Shown here in pieces: positions 51,138-64,000 of a DNA stretch of 64,000 bases (position 1 is the first letter of the stretch; each line of letters begins with the position of its first letter). Source of the stretch: Vermamoeba vermiformis. Its lineage: Eukaryota. The DNA is taken from assembly GCA_045837725.1 (NCBI GenBank), contig JBEWZL010000157.1:1-64000 (forward strand), read 5' to 3'. Below the pieces are notes generated by a model. That model did not search any database. It was not told where the DNA came from and was given only the letters and a program-made list of their open reading frames with translations. Made by a program: the position numbers and the translations under genes.

Positions 51138-53069
51138 TTAGAAAACATATAAACTCTTTCTCTCCTTCTTGATGATGTCTCTATCCATGATGTATACAGT
51201 GGAGAATAAGAGGAACAATGCGATAGCGCTCAAGAAATGCCTAAAATAGTTGTTAGATCCCGATCGACCTTCAATTTCAGCGTTACGTACCAAACATCGT
51301 GAGTATCAAAATAATCAAATGCAAAGCACGGCTTATTTAACTTCTTCGACTCATCGAAAGGCAAAAACTACCAAGCTAGTTAGTACGCAACTCGCCGTTC
51401 AGTGAACGAACGTACCTTGTTTGTAACAGGGATTTGGAAGAAATAAAGTGCTCCAGACTAATTTAAAGTTATTACGTAGTCTATTTGAATAAATAATATG
51501 ACTTACAGTAAACGACAAGCAGTTGAGCCACACAAGCCACACAAACCAAGGAGGTCTTTCAGCGTGTCTGAACTTCATCACTGTGTACCAGACGAGGTAC
51601 ATCAGATCTACTAACACTAGCAGGCCCCTGACTCATCGTTAATAAAAGGATAATATGGCTCATAATGACTTACAAGCAAATTGTCGGGAAGTCCAAAGTA
51701 TCAGCGATAGTGATGCCATAACCCGCGGCCAAGATCAATATCGTGTAAGCAACAGCGTTACCGACGAGGACGAATGTCAAGCGTGCCTTGTCTCCGTGCC
51801 ATTTGCGTCGCACAGTACGCAAGATCTTGCGTGGCTTGCAAATAGGCATGCGATGGTGATACAACATGTGGTACGAGCCAAACAAAGAGAAATACGTCCA
51901 CAATACGAACACAATAGGCCAAAAGCTAGCAGTAGTTCGTAAACAAGTCGAATAAGATACTATTTTGAACCACTTACACATAAGGCGGGAAGCTAACGAG
52001 CGACAAAAAGTTCAAAATGACTACGATAACGAGCAAGCCAAATGTACGGAATGGTCCAGGACTGAGCGAATGTTGTCTCTTTTGATATATACAGACGAAG
52101 AGAAGCAATGCACCAGCGAACATAAACGTTGTGTCTACGGTCGAATTAGTCGCTTGACACGGTGCTAGACACGTCACGTACCGAATTGAAAATTGAGCTT
52201 ACTCGGGCACACATGATACAATGCCGAGAAGATGCCTAGTATAATATATTAATACCGAAGTCAAATCATAGAACTCGTTATATACCTTCAAAAATGAGTG
52301 CCAAACCCATACAATAGAAGAGTGACATATCTGTGTGCAGACCATGCAATCCATCTTCTTCAGGCTTGGTGAACTTGACAATTAAAATGAACGATACACC
52401 AGCTGCTATATAACCAATATTGCTGATAACTGAAGTAGGACACGTTAGCAACTAGAAGATGGTTCATTTGCCACGTACCATTATTGAATGCTGAAATAAA
52501 CCAAAAGTCGTGCTTGCATTTAAAATTATAATAACATGAGACTTCTTTTGTTTGATATTGAAAGAATACGAACTGGACAGTGTGCCGTTAGTGGTGACGT
52601 AGTAATGGCATTGGCACTTTCATACCTGGACTGAAGGAAGCATATAAAACAAAGCGGCTATCACGAGCACCTTTGGTCATGTTTAGCTATTGAGATAGCA
52701 ATGCGCCAGACTACATCTGAAACTTACCTTGTAAAACTAAAAATATAAATAAATTAATAATTTGAATACGCAAAGATTATATGAAGTCTTAACGATATAA
52801 GACTACTAACGAGGCATTTAAGAATTTTCAGTCGGCTTCACTTTCGGAAAAATCGAAAATTGACTTACTGGCTTCATGTAAACCAAAGCTTTGGCGGGCT
52901 TTATCTTGCCGTGTTCGAATACATCGTGTATTGTCTTTGGATTCGGAAAATTGAGCTTTTCTTCAATTACGGTAGTTCTGTTCACGATCAGCTCGTCCTC
53001 ATCTCCTGGGAGCTCCCTCACTGACGACGAAACTTGTATTTCTTCTATCAAAGGTTGCCGTTCGTCCAT
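51138..53069 (-). CDS. SID-1/SIDT transmembrane family protein lacking the ectodomain
   Basis: FYMLPSVQ, CYYNFKCKH..SAFNNVISNIGY, SALYHVCP..NFQFDTTFM, CFAFDYFDTHDVWHFLSA, C-terminal DRDIIKKERKSLYVF. Confidence 0.92.
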
Positions 53070-53243
53070 TGAATACAACCTCTCGAAGATTTGTTGCACC
53101 GCATCAATCTATCACAAAAATAATGAAATTAACCATGTTTTTGGGAAAGCACTTTAGCGAGATTTCCCGCACCAGTACGCGACTGAGCAATCTCGGATTT
53201 ATTTATTTGTACCAGCCTTTAGCTAGACAATAACGGCTTTAAG

Positions 53244-54326
53244 ATGTTCAAGTTCGTCAACTCCGTTACTAGCATCTTCCGCAAGCAGTTCCAGCCTGCA
53301 GTAGACGTCGACAGAACAACGGCAGATGAGTCGTCCTTCATGCCTGAAAGCACAATCGCGTGTCTCTCTGATGCACCGTTAGCTGCAAAGCCTCTACTTC
53401 ATCACACGGGAGTCACCATTGGCCCAGAGTTCATCTCCGATACGGTTGAAGATCGGCATCTGCAGCAATGGAGGCTCGCTCAAGAAGACGACGTTTCAGA
53501 CTTCTATGTATTGAAGACGCCTACGCGCGAGAACGAGAGGCCTAAGGAACGCAGTTCATCGCCAAAGCTCAACTCAGAGTTCTTCTTAAGGGCCTTCTTG
53601 AAGCAGTGTCGCGAGCATCAGTCCTTCTTAACAGATTCAATCTGCATCGATGAACATATATTATCTGCAGCATACATTTACTATAGACGGTAATTATAGC
53701 CGATTGCTATTAATTAAATCGATTTTCTTCATTTTGAAATTTGAAAATTAGGGCGCGCGTACCGGTGGCGGAGTACAAAGACGAAGAGCTCTTCTTCTCA
53801 GCGCTATTCTTGTATGATATTGCACCCATATACTAATTGATCCTAATTTGTTGAGCAGAGCATGGCAGGTTCAAGAAGACAGTCACAAAGGCGAGTACGG
53901 TACGAACGAGTCTCCGTTGTGCTTCTATTGCTCTCTTCTAACTGTTGCTAAGAAATCCTCGAGTATCTCTACGGAGAGCCACCTCGAATCCATAAATCTG
54001 AAAGAAGAAAAATGAACAAGAAAGCCAAATCCGCTCATCGACGGCTGGTCAAGGCCTACAAGCGCAATGTGCTCAATTTTATGGAAGCCAAAGATAAGGT
54101 ACGTTGTAGTTAATAGGAAGTAAGGCTAAGGTTTCATTCTTACCAGCTGTGGCGCCGGTTGGACTATCGTGTCAGCATCGAGCCTGAACTTGTCTGGACC
54201 GTTATTCAGTATCTTAAAAAGTACGAGTCTGTATTCAACATTAGCCAGTGCAACAGAGAATCGCACTTTCTGTTGGAGCTGAACGACAGTGACACCGAGC
54301 TTTCATCCATCCCCGATTCAGATTAA
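53244..54326 (+). CDS. Speedy/RINGO-like (Spy1 domain) CDK activator, 5 exons
   Basis: Spliced core IDEHILSAAYIYYRRA..FFSALFLAWQVQEDSHKGEYEILEYLYG..NFMEAKDKLWRRLDYRVSI matches the Speedy/RINGO box pattern. Confidence 0.8.
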
Positions 54327-54900
54327 TTATTGTTTGGTATCAGAATTCGCCGAATATTAACGATAATATTGTATCCATATTTGCTATGATAAAATTTGAT
54401 ACGAGGATAATTTAAACATCAATATTGAATAATAAAATCATTTCGGATGTTTAGTGACCGTTCAGAACCACCTTTTACCTGGTAACTGCTCTCGTGCGCA
54501 TGAATGTATTAAGGTCTGCGTTGATACTGTGATCGTATCCTCGGTGGCATTAGACAGCCCCGTGAGAAGGCACATGAGTAATCTAGCATCGTACGTTGCT
54601 TGCAAGCACATCCGAAGCGAAGGTCTGGCAGATATCTGTAGACCTTGCAGGAGATACGCCGACTCACGGATTAATTAATTAAGTTGTGTTCGCCACTAAA
54701 GGAAATTAAGTTTTATTTGCCGTGGAGATTACGCGAGAGATTGTTTTTTTGCAGCGAGCGGCAGCAATTTCAATTTTGAACGCTATTTGCAACGAACGAA
54801 CACCACTCGCAAGATTTTGCTCGATTTTGCATATTCGACATAGTAGATTCTCTAGGAGCGAGTCATTCTTATTAACCAATTATGCGTCTGGCAAGGTGAA

Positions 54901-58547
<3,647 letters not shown>

Positions 58548-58797
58548 ATGGATTCGAACTTGAGCTAACTCGATCGAGTTTTGAATTCTGCGGTGTATCA
58601 TAGTATAGTATTTATTCCCCCTAAAAACATCACCATCCATGTAATATAACAGTATTAGCTTATTTATAACCCTAATTAACCCTCTTGTACAACACCTAAT
58701 AAACCCAACTCCAAACAACGGCGCTAAATTTCTGTCATCTGTTCAACCGAGCAACACAACAGAAAAAGGTGTCAATTATTTTGCACATTAATTGAAT

Positions 58798-60862
58798 ATG
58801 GAAGAGATATTGATGAAGTTTGAGCCTGAGAGAAAAAGCACGCAGGTAAGCGGCAGATTTCACTCTTAGGATACTTCAATTAAATTTTAATTGTTCAACT
58901 ACCAATAATTATCTAAAAAATCAAGGAATAAAGCTATGGTGTTTACTTTATTTATATTTTCTACTGTTAAAAAGGCGGGATCTGATCAAGATCTTCTTTG
59001 TGACAGGTTCGTGCTTTGCGCACCCTAGAAAATCTGTGTTGTCTAGCAATAGGAAAAATGGAAAATAAAGAAGGACTCGCATTGCATCGTTTACCACGCG
59101 AAGTCAAGTTGCGACTTTTCGGTGAGCTAGATCTGGCTTCATTTTTCTAATACTGAATGATCTAACGCAATATACGATAGATTATATCAAGTCCGATTCT
59201 AGGAATTATTTAGGAGTCGAAGTAATCGAAGCGTTGTTAGGTAATTGAACGGGCACCGTGGATCCGTTTGTAAACTGAAATAATTTTTATCTTACTCGTA
59301 TGATTAATTAATAATACCAATATTATTATTTTAGATAAAGATGTCACAAAAGTGCTTTTTCAGAATGCTATTCGATTTCAAACGCCGCAAGTCAAAAAAC
59401 TGATCGAGATCTGTCCGAACATCACGCACTTGTCTGTGAGTGGTTGTCACAAGCTATTAGGTACATTATTGATACTAATACAATCAATATACTAACATTT
59501 ACTCAGATTTGACGCCGTTGATCGATGCCTATGCGAATACCTTAGTGTCGCTTGACTGCAGCAGATTATTTTTCAGCGCAGAGAAATTGGCTGGCCTGAC
59601 AAAACTTAAAAAATTAGAGCGATTAATATTGACCGGAAATTCTATCAATAATGGCGAGCTGATCCTAAATATAGCACAAGCCTGTCCTAATCTCAAATGT
59701 TTGCACTTGCCTTCAGTGAAAGGCAATCATCTATTACAATTGCACGAGTACCTTCCTAATTTGGAAGAATTGAAGTTGATTGATCCGATCGATCTGCCTT
59801 TCGAAGAATATCACCACTTGCGTCGCATTGAAATCACGTGCGTGTCAAGCATTCAGTCAATGCACATAGTCTTGCAACGATTGGCCAATCTGCAGCACTT
59901 GGAGTACGTCAAATTGGACGGCTCACGTGAACTCGACGGCGCACTGCCACTTGAATTTGCAACCAATCAGCGCAAATTAATGTAAGTCATCTCTGTCGGA
60001 TCTGACCCCGTATGATCACGTACTTAACTGGTACTAATGATACGATGTCTTGTATAGTGTTTTTTCGCTCAAGTGTCGGCCGTGGTTTGGTCAACATGAT
60101 AATGGCGCTGATTCTGAATTTGTCGATCGTTTGATCCAAAACAATCCTAATTTGGAAGGACTAGTAAGCCTCGAAAAAAAGAATTGTAATCGAACTACAG
60201 TCGTCTAATTGTAAATGTTACAATAGGAATTAGTGAATGTGAAGATCAACGACGACGCCTTTCAACACATCGACAATTTGCGTCGCTTGTTGCTGTTGAC
60301 ATTGACAGGCGTCAACTTTTTAATCAACGGCACGTGGTTTGAGAACTGTGCGCTGAATTGTCCGTTGATTGCACTGCAATTACAGTGCTCTGGCAGCTTG
60401 TATCCGTCACTCCTGAACTTCCTACAAAAAGTACGATTGACACTGGCCCGAGTAATTTTAACAATATCTTAATGCCATCTTATTATAGGCCCATACTACG
60501 ATGCAGTACCTCGAGCTTCACAACTGTGCGGTGACGAATGAGATGCTGGATCTGATTGGCAGCAGATTCAGTGAACTCAAAGTACTCAAAGTCGAGGCAC
60601 TTAATATCAACTTGACTTACCCTATAGAACTCAAGTAAGGCAGATATATCTATATTGGTGTTAATAGACTTGTTGTCTGACGTTTTTTAACAGCGCGCAA
60701 AATCTGTTCAAGTTCGTGTCAGCGGCGCGTAATCTGACCATGCTGCGAGTGCGTGGAGCTAATATTGATAGCGCGACACTCAGCCAGATGAAAGAACTGA
60801 ACCCTCGCTTGAGCATTTATACCGGTCTCACGGCTGATCGTACTGTAGTACTTGAATACTGA
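58798..60862 (+). CDS. LRR protein with N-terminal BC-box/cullin-box-like motif
   Basis: LRTLENLCCLAI...LHRLPREVKLRLF followed by LRRs CPNITHLSVSGC, CPNLKCLHL, LPNLEELKL. Confidence 0.75.
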
Positions 60863-60954
60863 TTAAACCTACTGGATGCGGAGTTGGTTTTTAAAGTAAA
60901 TGGTTCGGGTTTTTATTCTAACCTTGGATATATAAGCTATTTGTTATTATTGTT

Positions 60955-61821
60955 CTATTGCTTTCTGCGATCGATCCAGCTCTCCACCGTTCTGTACAAA
61001 TCAGGCGCAGTTTGACTCAACTTGATGCCTTTCTGGTTCATTTGCTGCGGTCAACGTTAATCAATGAAGCTTTATATATGTTAGTAGTATTATAGGCGCA
61101 CCTCATATAACTCAATGCTGTCGTCCTCGCGCTTAGCATTGATCAGCGCGTAAATAATTCGGTTGTAAGTAGGCTCGTCGGGAGTTATGTCACGCGCCTT
61201 GAGTTCGTCGTACATTTGAAGCACGGCGTCGGAATTTCTATTGGAGCGTTAGGAGCCTGTCAGTGTTGATTATCAATACACTATTCTACGTACTTCATAT
61301 CGTGGTACATGTGAATGACAGGGTTGTAGATCTTGATGTCCAATTGGTCCGAGTTTGCTGCTTTGAGGTCATCGAGCAATTGACGTACGGCAGTGACGTC
61401 CTTTTTCGCGGCAATTTCTTTCATGCGAATGTAATGAGGCCTAATTAATTATTAATTTAAAAGGATCGAAAATTGTGGTGAATTCAGGCTGAAAAATTTT
61501 CCAGCAGTATTTGGCAAATAATTTAGAATATTAAATTAAAAGAATATTTGCACGTACTTCTCGGATTTAGGTGAGCGTGGCGTGTCGGTGAATAGAGATC
61601 TGGCTGAAATATTCGCACTAAATGTTTTGGGAACCTTAGAATAATAGCAAAAATTAATAAATTGCTGACAATAAATAATATATAATTAGTAAACATACTT
61701 CTTTATGTTTTTGAGTTTTCACAGTGAAAAGAGAAGAAGTTCCATTTCGTGAAACAGATCTTGAGGCCGAAGTACAAGCCAGTCTTTGAGCAACTCGACG
61801 GGAAGTTAATAAAAATGACAT
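60955..61821 (-). CDS. Small mitochondrial PPR protein
   Basis: Arg/Ser-rich presequence MSFLLTSRRVAQRL; PPR-like IYNPVIHMY..AVLQMYDELKARDITPDEPTYNRIIYAL..ELYEQMNQKGIK; 5 exons. Confidence 0.8.
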
Positions 61822-62010
61822 AGTGACGAGGTATTAAGGAGAATTGAGATAAATGGACAGAGTTCTGAATATTTAATTTGTGCCGACAAACAAGCGGAAA
61901 TTTCTCTGAAACATAGTTGATAGACCACAGCAGAATAAACAACAAACGGTCTTACGAAATTTGTAATTAAAGGTCGTAGTAGTTTTGGCTTGGGCCAGTG
62001 GATTGGATAA

Positions 62011-63081
62011 ATGAACGTGGTCACATCTCTGAAAGAAGCTTTGAGAGAAATTGAAGACAAGCGGAGGCAAAAAGAAGAATCGCCAGATAATACATTAGAA
62101 AATATATCTGAATTATTGAAAGTAGTGACAGCTCGATTTGAAGACCTAAACGAATCTGACGCGAACCAAGGTCTTTGTGCCGAGTTATTAGCGGAGGATA
62201 TTCCAGTGCGATTAATCCATCATGTAATATATTTGAATAATAACGTTACGAAAGACGTGAAGAATTTTATTCAGGCCCTCTTGAAGTACAAAATTAACGA
62301 TCAACAACCGGCATTAGCTTATTTCTCTTCAAATATTGCTGTTATATTGGACAGAATATTAAATGGCCTCGAGAATGCATTGACAGAAAATGGTGGATGG
62401 TGGGCTATGGAAATTTTGACAGCTTGTATGAAATACGGATGCTTGACGGTTCAGATGCTAAATCTAGCGACAATCCGCAGACTTGCACAATGGGCGACAG
62501 TAGACGATTTTGACATATCAGGTGCGGGAGTGCATGCATTACGACAGTTACTGTCCTCCCAGCCAGATTTGGTCTTGGAATTTCTGACACCAAATTTTGA
62601 AGCGTTTTTTGACGTCATAATCGACATGGTGGACGCTAATACCCGTAACACGGGCAGAAGCGTTATGGGATTACTACGAAATATGTTGTTCCAGCCCACA
62701 TACAAGCAATTTATGTTAAAGTTTGTGGCAGATGAGCCTCAAAAATACGCTGCGTTTGTTATCGAGCAGCAGTTAACGCCTTGGACTTCCTATCAATTAG
62801 ACGTATGGCACGTTTTCAAATTATTTGTGGCCTATCCGAACAAAGTGAGTAAATTTCAAAACAGCATCGACTAGTCTACTAATTTTCTTCAGACTCCCGC
62901 TACGAAAAGGCTGTTAATCGAGAATAGAGAGGACCTATTACCAGTAATTAACCGATTGAGAGGGCTCATTTGGAATCCTGATGATGTTGAGGAAGTGGAT
63001 CACGTTCATTACTTACTCTCAAATATGACCGAAGACTCGCATCAATTTAGCAGCAAAGAAATGGGGGCTGCGCAATTCTAA
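62011..63081 (+). CDS. Divergent Mo25/CAB39-like armadillo-fold protein
   Basis: KDVKNFIQALL, DFDISG, EFLTPNFEAFF, WHVFKLFVAYPNK, LIENREDLL. Confidence 0.8.
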
Positions 63082-63263
63082 AAGGAACATGACCAAGGAC
63101 CACGAGGAAGACTAGGGGAGCCGAAGACTAGCAACGGTTACTGGCGTCGCAAAATATTCGTCTTTTCATCGCGTGCTGACGTCGAGAGAACCACGCAATA
63201 ATTTGTTGTTTATTAAAACAGCGTGTACTATTAGTAAATATACACTTATATTACCACGAGAGA

Positions 63264-63975
63264 ATGCTGGATGAGCTGCCAAGCGAGATTCTGTTTCATA
63301 TTCTTGGTTACGGTTGCGATGATATTACATCGTTAGGTAAATTTAAAAATATTGAAATAATTCATTAATATTTTGGTGTTCATTTGGGAAGCCAGTGTAA
63401 CGCTGGCTTATCCATAGAAAATATTGAATTTAATATATTAATAACCATCAAGAATATTTCTGACTCGTTCGTTGCAGCAAAATTGGCCCTTGTTAATCAG
63501 CGATTCCATCAAATAATTAATAGCGAAGATAATTTCCTTTGGAAGCACATCTGCGAGGAGAACGGGTAACGCATCCGATAGCGTTTATTAAAAATTCAAC
63601 TAATGCCCGTTGCATCAGCTACTACGAAGCGGAAGTATTAACAGACCTTGGCGAAACAAATCCCTACAAAGGCGTGGCTATTCAACACTTTTTGTTGGAA
63701 AATCGCAAACACACTTACGTGGATCGCAGTTCGATAGAGACGGAGCGCGTTGATTATCATCAAGTGGTATTAGATAGAAAACACAAGCGATTTAATAATT
63801 GGGTACGTACCTTGACCTCCTCGCGGATGTACAGATAGATCTTAAAACTAACAATCCTGCTTAGGTTTTGGTCAACATATTGGTAGTAGCTGTCGTAGTA
63901 GTTGTAGCTGTCATGTACGGCGACAGTACTGGCGGCGAGGACTTGATTCTCAAAAAGAATTTGCAGCATATTTAG
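63264..63975 (+). CDS. Small F-box protein with C-terminal hydrophobic helix
   Basis: MLDELPSEILFHIL..AKLALVNQRFHQII..LWKHIC; last exon VLVNILVVAVVVVVAVMY. Confidence 0.7.
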
Positions 63976-64000
63976 ACTAATGTGCAGTACTTTATTGTTA

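Noticed and set aside
54472-54483. U1 snRNA 5' end (TTACCTGG)
   Set aside because: Lacks ATAC, the U1 loop motifs and an Sm site

Overview
Gene-dense, intron-rich eukaryotic DNA with about 30 genes, mostly short (45-110 nt) GT-AG introns with CTAAC/CTAAT branch sites, and no tRNA, rRNA, CRISPR or intact transposon. The gene set (SID-1, ependymin-related protein, low-MW thioredoxin reductase, Slo channel, U12-type introns) suggests a protist, possibly an amoebozoan; this is inference only. Most genes had to be spliced by hand because the ORF track fragments them. Highlights: (1) a spliced Speedy/RINGO-like CDK activator, a family usually described as animal-restricted; (2) a divergent ribosomal protein eL42 (L36a/L44) paralog nested antisense inside an intron, with its GGQ loop rewritten; (3) an inverted pair of genes with a BC-box-like/LRR/UBX/MIU architecture bracketing three F-box genes, one fused to importin-beta-like HEAT repeats; (4) a 12-bp palindrome TGACACGTGTCA recurring mostly in introns; (5) two putative U12 introns; (6) a Rho pseudo-GTPase, an ectodomain-less SID-1, a WRKY-fold protein and an intronless phage tail-collar gene. 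Three single-base homopolymer indels probably reflect assembly error. All family calls come from motif recognition, not database searches.
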